This document shows, one piece after another, positions 1 through 8,061 of a DNA stretch of 20,000 bases. The DNA comes from an uncultured virus (IMG/VR IMGVR_UViG_3300042197_003096) (taxonomy: Duplodnaviria > Heunggongvirae > Uroviricota > Caudoviricetes): the IMG/VR virus record IMGVR_UViG_3300042197_003096; one strand, written 5' to 3'. How positions within the stretch are numbered: position 1 is the stretch's first letter; each line of letters begins with the position of its first letter. The notes beneath the pieces were generated by a model, which searched no databases, was not told where the DNA came from, and was given only the letters and a program-made list of their open reading frames with translations. The position numbers and the translations under genes were made by a program.

Positions 1-1
1 C

Positions 2-1276
2 TCTCCCAGCATCTTCAAAAAAACTGTGGGTGTGATAGGAGAAGTTTTCAGCACCGGACTTTATCACCACGGAGACAGTTCAATGTCTCAAGCCATTTCT
101 AAACTTGCTAGACCTTTTGCTTGTTCTGATCAAATTTTATTAGGTGACGGATTTTTTGGAACACCAGTAAATCCTGCACCATCAGCACCAAGATACACAC
201 AGGTCAAGATCTCTCAAAAATACAAGGAGATCATCGAGAAATACAAGGACCTGAATATACCTAACGAAGAAGGTGGATTCGATTGGATCCACGTAGATTA
301 TCCAGTTGGTATCTCCACTCACATAGTGGGAATCGCAGTTGGATACAAATCAAATATCCTACCGAGAAAACCCGAAGATATAGTCAAATACTTAGAGGGT
401 GACAGGGGTAAAAAATTAAAACCTTTTTTCAGGGGATTCAAGGGAAAAATTTCTAGGGTGGATTCTTTGAAGTGTGCTTGGATGATAGAGGGTGAAACTG
501 AAGTTGATCTCGTAACGAGAACAGTAAAAATCAATTCCATTTCACCACTCCAGAGGTACGAATCATTTTTCACCCGTCTAAATTCTCTCCTGGAAAGATC
601 TCTTCTAAATTATAAGATGGACAACTTCTCCACCGACGAGGTTAAGATCTCAATCAAATTTAGGTGTTCAGATTTAGAGTTTAAGGAGATAAGTGATAAA
701 ATCCTAAAAGAGACAAAGCAGATAGTCACGGAAAATATCGTTTTTGTCAAAGATGGATCTGTTTTAGAATACGACGAGTTGGAAGAATACCTTGATGACT
801 TCTTGGTACACAGAGAAAATAATATTCTGAAAAGATTTCAGAAAGATCTGGAATACCTTGAATTTGATCTTGAATATCTAGAAGCCAAGTTGAAATTTCT
901 TCTTTTCATGTCAGAGAAGAAAAGAACTGCAGAAGAAGTGGAAAAATTTCTTTCCGAATACAAAAAAGAGATCTCTAGAAAATTAGAAGCAATCTCTTTG
1001 ACTAGGCTTACTAAGGAGGAAATTAATCGCACCAAAGAGGAAATAATTCAATGTAAAGCTGCTATAAAAGATAAGAATGCACAAATCAAAAAGCAAACCA
1101 TCAGATTCAAAGAGGTCCAAAAGGAAAATTCTTCTAAATCTAAAAAGGGAAAGAAAACAACTTCTCTTTTAGAAACTAGTCCAGCAGAAGAATATCACAA
1201 TGGAATTAGAATTTGGAACCCTGAAGAGGAAATACTTGAAGAAGAAAAACAAGAAGAACAAATAGAAAATGAGTAA
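2..1276 (+). CDS. Type IIA DNA topoisomerase, breakage-reunion subunit (GyrA/ParC/T4 gp52-like); 5'-truncated by the window edge
   Basis: Frame is open from nt 2 (SPSIFKKTVGVIGE...). Motifs YHHGDSS, GDGFFG and SAPRYT (catalytic Tyr) match the GyrA/gp52 active site. No C-terminal beta-pinwheel; ends in a charged tail, as in T4 gp52-type subunits. Confidence 0.93.
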   Translation, partial: SPSIFKKTVGVIGEVFSTGLYHHGDSSMSQAISKLARPFACSDQILLGDGFFGTPVNPAPSAPRYTQVKISQKYKEIIEKYKDLNIPNEEGGFDWIHVDYPVGISTHIVGIAVGYKSNILPRKPEDIVKYLEGDRGKKLKPFFRGFKGKISRVDSLKCAWMIEGETEVDLVTRTVKINSISPLQRYESFFTRLNSLLERSLLNYKMDNFSTDEVKISIKFRCSDLEFKEISDKILKETKQIVTENIVFVKDGSVLEYDELEEYLDDFLVHRENNILKRFQKDLEYLEFDLEYLEAKLKFLLFMSEKKRTAEEVEKFLSEYKKEISRKLEAISLTRLTKEEINRTKEEIIQCKAAIKDKNAQIKKQTIRFKEVQKENSSKSKKGKKTTSLLETSPAEEYHNGIRIWNPEEEILEEEKQEEQIENE

Positions 1277-2036
1277 AAAATCACAAACCTGGAATCTTAG
1301 AATTATTAATTCTGGAAACTTTATTTCTTTCCTAAAGAAATTGAAATTGGTAGACAAGAGTGTACCTCTTGAACTTGAAGGAGATCAGCTTTTCGCTAAA
1401 GTACGTACACCTGACAAATCTGTTATAAAATTTGTTGGTGTGGATGTATCGGAAGTTCTCGAAGGTGACATTCCTCCGCAAAGACTAAAGATAGGGATTT
1501 TAGAAATCGGTAAACTTATCGATGTTTTCAAACATTTTGGTCCAGAGGAAGAAGTCACACTAATAATTGATTCACAGCCATATGATGGGGGATTTATCGC
1601 TACAAGTATAAAATTCTCTTCTCCTTCTTTGAATATCTTCATTAAGTGTGCAGACATTAGCCTGCTTGCTTATATTGATGACAACATCCAAAGGGGAATT
1701 CACTCCACTGAAGGATCTGAAATTAATTTTTCAATCACCCGTGAATCTTTCCAAAAGATTTCTTCTTTGACTGGGATAGAATCAAATGCGGAAGAACTTT
1801 TAAATCTAGACGTTCATGAAACTGGAGTAACGGTAAGAGGAAATTCTTTTCACTTCCATATCATTAGGGGTTCAAAGGTTCAAGGTTTTACAGAACCTAA
1901 GGTTTTCACCATATACAAAAATCAGTTCTCTTATATCGATCAAGAGGCTTCTGAAATTCATTTTCATGAAAATAGGATCGTTGTTAAATCCACCGAATCA
2001 GATTCTATTATAGCAATAGGTCTTGTTGAAATTTAA
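1269..2036 (+). CDS. Probable DNA polymerase sliding clamp (gp45/PCNA-like)
   Basis: 255 aa with an alternating beta/alpha two-domain pattern typical of clamps. Lies between topoisomerase and polymerase with overlapping/abutting ends. Inferred from size, pattern and context. Confidence 0.65.
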   Translation: MSKKSQTWNLRIINSGNFISFLKKLKLVDKSVPLELEGDQLFAKVRTPDKSVIKFVGVDVSEVLEGDIPPQRLKIGILEIGKLIDVFKHFGPEEEVTLIIDSQPYDGGFIATSIKFSSPSLNIFIKCADISLLAYIDDNIQRGIHSTEGSEINFSITRESFQKISSLTGIESNAEELLNLDVHETGVTVRGNSFHFHIIRGSKVQGFTEPKVFTIYKNQFSYIDQEASEIHFHENRIVVKSTESDSIIAIGLVEI

Positions 2037-2037
2037 T

Positions 2038-3210
2038 ATGACAGAAGAAACAGATTACAGTTCATTATCGATCGAGGAACTAAATAAGAGACTCTCAGAG
2101 TTACAGAAAAAATCATCCGATTACTATAATCAGGAGCAAGGTATTAAATTAACTCTAAACAGTATCTACGGAGCCCTCGGGAACCAATGGTTTGCCTGCT
2201 TTAATCCTGATGTTGCTGAGAGTGTAACTCTACAGGGGCAGGACATCTGGAGGTTTGCTGAAAAAATCATCAATCGGTACTTTAATGATATGTGGCACCA
2301 AGACACCGAGCTCCACGAAAAGATGGGAGTTAGGAATGTCAGAAAGTTAAATATGGATTTAATTATCTACGGTGACACAGACTCGAATTACATCAACCTC
2401 GGAGCCGTTATGGATTCCTGTGAGTTTGATTACGAGCCTTTTGAGTTCGTGAAAAAACTCAACGAGTTTAGACTCAAAGAGTACATTAAAAAGTGCTACG
2501 ATATTTACTCCACTAAATGGGGGACAGACAACTACCAAGATTTTGAATTGGAAAGCCTTTCATATTCAGGAATATTTTTAGGAAAGAAAAAATACGTTCT
2601 TGACATTGCCTGGCAAGATCCAAACAAGGATATGTTTCCCAAGCTTTCTAAAATAAAATCTACAGGTATAGAGTTGGCCCAAGGAGGCACTGCTCCTTTT
2701 GCAAGGGAAAAACTGACCTTCTTACTTAGACACATTTTTGATCGGGGTAAAAGTTTTGATATCAGGGAGTTTGTAAAGATCCTGAAAGAGATCAAAAATG
2801 AATTCAAAGTACAGAACCCGGACCAGGTGGCAGTGGGAACAGCAGTTAACAACATAGAAAAATTTATCATTAACGATACAAACAAATTCGAAGTTGCAAA
2901 AGGGTGTCCAATGCACGTTAGAGCTGCTGGATACCATAACTACCTTCTGAACAACTCAAAGTATAAAGCCAAATACAGCCTTATAAGATCTTCGGAGAAA
3001 ATCAAATACTATTTTGTTAAAGTCAAGAATGAACAAGAAAATAACGTCTTTGGTTATCTGAACGGTTCTTATCCTTACGAAATAGCACCACCGATAGATT
3101 ACGATGAACAATTTAATAGAGTGATCCTAGATCCAATTAACAGATTCGTGGAATCTATGGGATACACTCCACTTTCTCCAAATCTCCTCCTGGTAAGATC
3201 TCTTTTCTAA
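2038..3210 (+). CDS. Family B DNA polymerase, C-terminal subunit (split polymerase, gp43B-like)
   Basis: Motif B (KLTLNSIYG), motif C (YGDTDS), KKKY and K-x-x-G-I-E thumb motifs are present; exonuclease domain and motif A are absent. ATG at 2038 chosen over the upstream TTG. Confidence 0.92.
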   Translation: MTEETDYSSLSIEELNKRLSELQKKSSDYYNQEQGIKLTLNSIYGALGNQWFACFNPDVAESVTLQGQDIWRFAEKIINRYFNDMWHQDTELHEKMGVRNVRKLNMDLIIYGDTDSNYINLGAVMDSCEFDYEPFEFVKKLNEFRLKEYIKKCYDIYSTKWGTDNYQDFELESLSYSGIFLGKKKYVLDIAWQDPNKDMFPKLSKIKSTGIELAQGGTAPFAREKLTFLLRHIFDRGKSFDIREFVKILKEIKNEFKVQNPDQVAVGTAVNNIEKFIINDTNKFEVAKGCPMHVRAAGYHNYLLNNSKYKAKYSLIRSSEKIKYYFVKVKNEQENNVFGYLNGSYPYEIAPPIDYDEQFNRVILDPINRFVESMGYTPLSPNLLLVRSLF

Positions 3211-3228
3211 ATTTTCTCTGTATTTTAA

Positions 3229-3236
3229 GATATATA
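3229..3236 (+). promoter_or_regulatory. (G/A)ATATATA late-type promoter motif
   Basis: GATATATA 14 nt upstream of ATG 3251; one of 8 copies, all just upstream of start codons in the sense orientation. Confidence 0.65.
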
Positions 3237-3250
3237 GAAAAAAATATAAC

Positions 3251-3691
3251 ATGCCACCAATGAGTTTTAAAGATTTTAGATCAGGCGAGGGTCAGCCAGA
3301 AATACAAAATATTGAAATGACCAAGTCCTTGGGTAAAAGTCTAGACGAGCACTTCGTTTCCCTTTTGACTTTTCAAGCACAACTTAAAATAATGCACTGG
3401 GGAACTGGATCATTCGCACAGCACGAAGCTTATGGAAAAACTTATGCTTCTGTTGATGCAGGTTTAGACGCACTTGTGGAATCTTATCAAGGTTATCATG
3501 GCTTGATTGATTTTGGAAGCTCCTGTGAATTTATTAGCTTTCAAAATGTGGAAGTGAATTCATGGCTTGGTTCTATGCTAGAGTGTCTGAACACAATGAG
3601 AGGAGAATTTCAAGAGTCGGATCTTCAGAACTTAACTGATGAGTTAATCTCTGGAATTTCTAAGTTGAAATACCTTTTAACCCTGAAGTAA
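3251..3691 (+). CDS. Ferritin/Dps-like four-helix-bundle protein (DUF5856-like)
   Basis: LKIMHW...FAQHEA.G..Y......D.LVESYQG and C-terminal DLQNL.DE......KLKYLLTLK fit the phage Dps-like family. Confidence 0.75.
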   Translation: MPPMSFKDFRSGEGQPEIQNIEMTKSLGKSLDEHFVSLLTFQAQLKIMHWGTGSFAQHEAYGKTYASVDAGLDALVESYQGYHGLIDFGSSCEFISFQNVEVNSWLGSMLECLNTMRGEFQESDLQNLTDELISGISKLKYLLTLK

Positions 3692-3695
3692 TTAA

Positions 3696-3724
3696 GAAAC
3701 TTAATTCAGGGGATACAATATAAA
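3696..3724 (+). promoter_or_regulatory. GAAACTT-N16-TATAAA promoter motif
   Basis: GAAACTT 3696-3702, 16-nt spacer, TATAAA 3719-3724, ATG at 3729. Same architecture at 5502, 10367, 12128 and 13988. Confidence 0.6.
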
Positions 3725-3728
3725 TTGT

Positions 3729-4067
3729 ATGTCTCTGAATAAACGTTACTTCTCTTGGGATTCGATTTTGGAAAAGGCTTCCCAATCTGATTTTACAGCC
3801 TTTGAATCTTGGTTGATTAAACCAGACGTCAAATTTTACGAAGATGAAATGTCAGCTTATTACGCTGACATTTTTTCTGCATGTCCAGAAAATCACATGA
3901 AAATTATTTTTGAACACACAACGGAAGGTCCGGTATTTCTCGAGGATCTTTTCAAATTAATTGCCGTTGTTACTCACAAGGAAAATAAAGAACACCATCT
4001 TCCCTTCGTAAACCAATACAAAGAATTATGGAGAAAGAAGTGGGAAATGGATATTGAAATAAATTAA
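3729..4067 (+). CDS. Hypothetical protein
   Basis: 112-aa ORF, ATG start behind a promoter motif, fills the gap in a co-directional gene run. Confidence 0.75.
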   Translation: MSLNKRYFSWDSILEKASQSDFTAFESWLIKPDVKFYEDEMSAYYADIFSACPENHMKIIFEHTTEGPVFLEDLFKLIAVVTHKENKEHHLPFVNQYKELWRKKWEMDIEIN

Positions 4068-4077
4068 TCTAAACAAA

Positions 4078-4344
4078 ATGGAAAATTTTGAAAGACCAAT
4101 AAAAGTTGATTTGAGTCAAACACCTTGGATCAAATGTGACGGAGGAAATATGGTATGGGAGTCAGGAATGCTTTTCAAGAAACTATCCCCTCTCGTTAGC
4201 CCAACAGGGAAAGAAGAGCTTATCCCCGCAGAAGTGGTAATCTGTAAAACGTGTGGTAAAATCCCTAAATTTTTCTGGGAAAAAGCTAAGGAAATCCCGG
4301 AAGAGCTTAAATCCACTTGCGAAAAATCTTCGATTATCTCCTAA
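4078..4344 (+). CDS. Small Zn-ribbon-like hypothetical protein
   Basis: IKCDGG...LSPLVSPTGKE...ICKTCGKIP; one complete CxxC and one degenerate knuckle; A-rich start context. Confidence 0.7.
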   Translation: MENFERPIKVDLSQTPWIKCDGGNMVWESGMLFKKLSPLVSPTGKEELIPAEVVICKTCGKIPKFFWEKAKEIPEELKSTCEKSSIIS

Positions 4345-4373
4345 AAACATTTTTTTATTTGAGATTTTTCTAA

Positions 4374-4381
4374 TACCTTTG
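4374..4381 (+). promoter_or_regulatory. Bacteroidota sigma-A -7 element (TAnnTTTG)
   Basis: TACCTTTG, 6 nt before ATG 4388, with TTTG at 4358-4361 upstream. Confidence 0.55.
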
Positions 4382-4387
4382 TCCTCT

Positions 4388-5074
4388 ATGAAATATTTAT
4401 CGATTGATTTAGAAACGACAGGGTTGGATCCTCAAAATCACGAGATCCTGACCTTTTCTGCAATTCTAGAGGACACTGAAAAGAAACTCCCGTTCGAAGA
4501 CTGCCCCAAATTAAATGTTTATATTTTAAGGGGAGAAGTCTCGGGTAGCATTTTTGCACTAAGTATGAACTCAAAAATTCTCTCTTCGATTGCCAGATAT
4601 TCTGGTTTGAAAACTGTCGAAGAAAGAGCAGGGCTAAGGAAATCCTTAAACGCTGTGTTTTTGGACAAGAGATCACTTCCCTACTATTTTTATGCCTGGT
4701 GTTTGAAGCATCTTGAAGGTAAAGATGTCGGTGAAGAAATTTTAGATCCTGTTAATTGGGAAGACCCAATAAAACCCTTCAAAGAAGTTTCAGTATTAAA
4801 AACTCTGAATGGTATTGTTTGGGTCAACGGAGCCGGTAAAAACTTTGGAACATTTGACAAAAGATTTATAGATGCCTACCCCGAATTCGGTGACTTTGTC
4901 AGATTTAAACAAAGAGTATTGGATCCGAGTATTCTCTATGTTGATTGGAAAAATGACAGAAGCTGCCCGGATCTAACGACGTGTAAAGAAAGAGCTGGGT
5001 TAGATCCTTTTGTATCCCACGACTCTCTCGAAGACGCATGGGACGTTGTTGAACTTCTTAGAAAATTTTACTGA
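4388..5074 (+). CDS. DEDDh 3'-5' exonuclease (oligoribonuclease/DnaQ-like)
   Basis: ExoI DLETTG, ExoII GKNFGTFD, ExoIII HDSLEDAWD. Start at ATG 4388; the upstream extension overlaps the previous gene. Confidence 0.88.
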   Translation: MKYLSIDLETTGLDPQNHEILTFSAILEDTEKKLPFEDCPKLNVYILRGEVSGSIFALSMNSKILSSIARYSGLKTVEERAGLRKSLNAVFLDKRSLPYYFYAWCLKHLEGKDVGEEILDPVNWEDPIKPFKEVSVLKTLNGIVWVNGAGKNFGTFDKRFIDAYPEFGDFVRFKQRVLDPSILYVDWKNDRSCPDLTTCKERAGLDPFVSHDSLEDAWDVVELLRKFY

Positions 5075-5075
5075 T

Positions 5076-5495
5076 ATGGACAAAATACTGTACATCGTGA
5101 GAGGATTGCCCGGATCCGGTAAATCAACATTTGCTAAAAAATTGGTGGGTGAAGATTTTCTTGTTTGTGAGGCAGACAAGTATTTTATAGATAAGGAAAC
5201 AGGAGAATATAAATTTGATCCTTTTCAATTAAAAGCAGCGCACAAAGCTTGTCAGGACACAGTGGAAACATACATGAAAGACAGTCTGATCAACGACCAG
5301 TTTTACCGACAGATAGCTGTCTCAAACACATTCACACAGGAATGGGAAATGAAGCCATATTTTGAATTGGCCGAGAAGTATGGTTACTCAGTTTTTTGTG
5401 TCGTTGTGGAAAACAGGCACCAAGGACAAAACGTGCATGGTGTGCCTTCCGAGAAGATTCTACAAATGAAAGAAAGGTTCGAATTCAGCCTTTAA
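5076..5495 (+). CDS. P-loop kinase, AAA_33 / polynucleotide-kinase-like (N4BP2-type)
   Basis: Walker A RGLPGSGKST, EADKYF, VSNTFTQEWEM, N.HGVP. ATG 5076 directly follows the exonuclease stop. Confidence 0.88.
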   Translation: MDKILYIVRGLPGSGKSTFAKKLVGEDFLVCEADKYFIDKETGEYKFDPFQLKAAHKACQDTVETYMKDSLINDQFYRQIAVSNTFTQEWEMKPYFELAEKYGYSVFCVVVENRHQGQNVHGVPSEKILQMKERFEFSL

Positions 5496-5501
5496 TTCCA
5501 A

Positions 5502-5535
5502 GAAACTTCCCTTCGATCCCCTGGTAGAATATATA
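5502..5535 (+). promoter_or_regulatory. Tandem promoter motifs upstream of clpP (GAAACTT-N16-TAGAAT overlapping AATATATA)
   Basis: GAAACTT 5502-5508, TAGAAT 5525-5530, AATATATA 5528-5535. Confidence 0.55.
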
Positions 5536-5551
5536 AAGGAAAAGGAAAGAC

Positions 5552-6280
5552 ATGGGGAAAAGACCAAAGAATTTCGACTCAGTCTGGAGCTGGTTCGACC
5601 ATAATGTGGACCTAGAATCTAGAACTATTTACATGGGCAGTATCTCCAGTGACTATGAAAATAATGAATCCGGTGTGGATCATTTGATGGCAGAGTATAT
5701 CATCAAGGGTATTCATCTTTTAGAAGAAAGATCCGAAGAGGAGATACTAATCCTTATGAATAATCCAGGCGGAGATTGGTATCATGGTTTGGCAATCTAT
5801 GATGCTGTAAAATATTCATCTTGTCATTGCAGAATAAAGGTGTACGGGCACGCAATGAGTATGGGAAGTTTAATCTTACAAGCAGCTGATTCTAGGATTA
5901 TGATGCCAAACAGTAAATTCATGATCCATTACGGGTATAACGGAACAGTCGGACATTCTAAAACCTTTGAAAGGACTGCTGACGAGGGTAAGAGAATCAA
6001 CTACCAGATGGAGAACATTTATCTGGACGAAATAATGGAAAAGGAAGAGGAAGAAGGACACGGACATATCGCCAAGGTTCTTTCTAAAATTATGAATAGA
6101 CTTAGATCTTTCGAATTAAATCCCACCTTAGCTTCCTATAAATTTTCCAAACACCAAGAATCAAAAAAGGAAGAGATTAGAGCAGTTTTAAAAGAAATGC
6201 TTAATTTTGATACATATTTGGATGCACAAGAAACAGTAGATCTGGGATTAGCAGATTTCGTTTTTGGTGAGGAAGAATAA
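5552..6280 (+). CDS. clpP: ClpP-family serine protease with a ~45-aa insertion
   Basis: MNNPGGD..HGLAIYD, catalytic Ser in AMSMGS, His in PNSKFMIH, Asp in FDTYLDAQETVDLGLAD. Confidence 0.92.
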   Translation: MGKRPKNFDSVWSWFDHNVDLESRTIYMGSISSDYENNESGVDHLMAEYIIKGIHLLEERSEEEILILMNNPGGDWYHGLAIYDAVKYSSCHCRIKVYGHAMSMGSLILQAADSRIMMPNSKFMIHYGYNGTVGHSKTFERTADEGKRINYQMENIYLDEIMEKEEEEGHGHIAKVLSKIMNRLRSFELNPTLASYKFSKHQESKKEEIRAVLKEMLNFDTYLDAQETVDLGLADFVFGEEE

Positions 6281-6289
6281 ATATAACAC

Positions 6290-6764
6290 GGGCCATACGG
6301 GAATCGATTGGCAACGAAGTTCTTTGACGTGATGCAGGCAGTGTTAGATGGAAACACTTTAATCCCCTATCAAAACAATAACCGGCAACTCTTATGTTTC
6401 CGCTGAGGGAGACCTCGTACTTGATGGCCTAGCTATCGAGTTTGCTGAACCTGCAATGGCAGCCTAAGCACCGGGCGGCAACTGCCCGGATTAAACAAAG
6501 TTGCAAGCGGCAAGAAAAAAGGTTCGTAGTATTGCCTTTGAACGTTGAGTGGAACCTTGAGATCACATCAATACCCATTAAGATCGGCACTATCGATGTT
6601 CGGGAAATTTGGATCATATCCGGAGAGTAACCCTGACTGAGCGTTAAGTCTGAAAGAAAAAAGAAACGCACCAAAGTTTGTTGATGTCAATAAATCAACT
6701 AAGCCTGTGAAAGAACGCATTTAGCTTGTTGAGCAAGACGGGGGTTCAACTCCCCCATGGTCCA
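6290..6764 (+). ncRNA. ssrA: tmRNA (one-piece, ~475 nt)
   Basis: Acceptor stem GGGCCAT (6290-6296) pairs with ATGGTCC (6757-6763), with a G3.U wobble (Ala identity) and discriminator A6764. T-arm GGGGG-TTCAACT-CCCCC. P2 pairings GTTCTTT/AAAGAAC and GCAGGC/GCCTGT. PK1 AGTGTT/AACACT with loop GATGG/CTATC. Second pseudoknot CCGGGC/GCCCGG with GCAACT/AGTTGC. Internal tag frame ends AA-stop. Confidence 0.96.
6384..6467 (+). other. tmRNA tag reading frame: (A)GNSYVSAEGDLVLDGLAIEFAEPAMAA*
   Basis: Resume context AATAACC|GGC has U at -5 and A at -4, just after PK1; 27 codons end GCA GCC TAA. Confidence 0.85.
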
Positions 6765-6769
6765 CTAAG

Positions 6770-6791
6770 AAAGTCCTTCGGGACTTTTTTT
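6770..6791 (+). terminator. Intrinsic terminator after tmRNA
   Basis: AAAGTCC-TTCG-GGACTTT followed by a T-run; C(UUCG)G tetraloop. Confidence 0.9.
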
Positions 6792-6825
6792 GTGGGATTT
6801 GATTTTTTATAATGTAGATTTTTCT

Positions 6826-6833
6826 TATTTTTG
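6826..6833 (+). promoter_or_regulatory. Bacteroidota sigma-A -7 element (TAnnTTTG)
   Basis: TATTTTTG between the terminator and ATG 6853; heads a run of small co-transcribed ORFs. Confidence 0.5.
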
Positions 6834-6852
6834 TGTGTGATAAAAAAGAAAG

Positions 6853-7215
6853 ATGGAAGATTTTGAAAAAACTCCAGGAATAACTTACGTGGTTCATTTC
6901 AAAAAATACACACACGATGTGTATATAGGAAGACCCTCGAAATGGGCTAATCCTTTTACACACAAAAAATTGACCAAGACCCGGGCAGAATCTCAAGTGG
7001 CTTCAAGACAAGAAGCAATCGAGAGGTTCGAGGAACATTTACATTCCTCCGGACTAATAAACGAGATCGAAGAATTAAGAGGCAAAGTTCTGGGATGCTG
7101 GTGTTGTAATAAGCCGTCAGACGGCTCAGAAAAGACTTTCCTTTGTCATGGTCAAGTCATAGCAAAATATCTTAATAGCGGACTTAAAAACAAACAAAAA
7201 CAGTTGATATTATGA
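6853..7215 (+). CDS. DUF4326-family protein
   Basis: DVYIGRPSKWANPF ... ELRGKVLGCWC ... CHGQVI signature. Confidence 0.88.
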   Translation: MEDFEKTPGITYVVHFKKYTHDVYIGRPSKWANPFTHKKLTKTRAESQVASRQEAIERFEEHLHSSGLINEIEELRGKVLGCWCCNKPSDGSEKTFLCHGQVIAKYLNSGLKNKQKQLIL

Positions 7216-7604
7216 CATCATCTAACGTCATCGAGTATTCCATCTTTAAAGGAGAGGAAGAGGTAGGGAGACACCGCCAAAACATCATGTGTAAAACATG
7301 TAACGACGGCCTTGAAAAATTTCATCCCGCCAAGGATTATACCATCCAAGCATGGGGATATGACTGCGAGGGAGAGGTTTGGGAAGGCGACAAGAGAGAA
7401 AACCTAGAAGAATGGTTGGCCAAGCATCCTGCGGAATTCACTCACAAAAGGTTTGAAGAAGGCGAAACAGTCAGGCTAACAAAGAAAAGGGGAATGGCCA
7501 CAATTCTTGAATCCAGAAAGGGTAAATTTATGCCAGAGTACAAAGTCCATGTCATCGGAGGGGAAATTCTAGACGGCATACAACAAGGAGAAATTATACC
7601 ATAA
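7212..7604 (+). CDS. Hypothetical protein
   Basis: 130 aa, ATGA overlap with the previous gene; CKTC motif; small beta-rich C-terminal part. Confidence 0.75.
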   Translation: MTSSNVIEYSIFKGEEEVGRHRQNIMCKTCNDGLEKFHPAKDYTIQAWGYDCEGEVWEGDKRENLEEWLAKHPAEFTHKRFEEGETVRLTKKRGMATILESRKGKFMPEYKVHVIGGEILDGIQQGEIIP

Positions 7605-7605
7605 C

Positions 7606-7818
7606 ATGGACAAGGAAATTAGATTAAAACATTTGAATGAGGAATGGGCAGAAATCTGTAAGCAGATGCAGATTCTTCAAAGAAGGAGAGTACAGATTTA
7701 CAAAGAGATCGAAGAGATCACTCCAGGAGAAACGGTTTTAAAAATTGAAAGGTCTCCGAGCATTTATTTTGACTTACAAAACCAAGATATTGACCAATTT
7801 AAAGAAGAAAGAATATGA
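7606..7818 (+). CDS. Hypothetical small coiled-coil protein
   Basis: 70 aa, abuts both neighbours (1-nt gap and ATGA overlap). Confidence 0.7.
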   Translation: MDKEIRLKHLNEEWAEICKQMQILQRRRVQIYKEIEEITPGETVLKIERSPSIYFDLQNQDIDQFKEERI

Positions 7819-8057
7819 GTAGATACGTAATAAATTTAGGAGAAAACAAAGAGTTCGTTTATGGCTGGGACCATGCCCTTGGGTATTTTTATGAGCTCTG
7901 GGACAATAACATTTCAGACAAGGAAGAACTTTGTCTCCTAGCTGAAAGATGTTCTTTATTTGACCGAATGCCCAGTTATGAAATAATAGAGCAGATGGAA
8001 AAGTATGGTGCTAAAAAGGAACACGTTGAATCTGTTGCTTCGGACTTACCCTTCTAA
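7815..8057 (+). CDS. Hypothetical phage protein (YGWDHALGYF motif)
   Basis: 80 aa, ATGA-coupled to the previous ORF. Confidence 0.75.
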   Translation: MSRYVINLGENKEFVYGWDHALGYFYELWDNNISDKEELCLLAERCSLFDRMPSYEIIEQMEKYGAKKEHVESVASDLPF

Positions 8058-8061
8058 AAAT

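Noticed and set aside
6429..6443. LAIEF in the tag as a mimic of the ClpX IGF docking loop
   Set aside because: It lacks the conserved Gly; too short and speculative to support.
6429..6674. ORFs 6442..6630 (+) and 6429..6674 (-)
   Set aside because: They lie inside the tmRNA structure and are incidental frames.
6737..6767. Possible stand-alone tRNA (T-arm GGGGGTTCAACTCCCCC)
   Set aside because: Its acceptor partner is ~470 nt upstream and there is no anticodon arm; it is the tmRNA 3' end.
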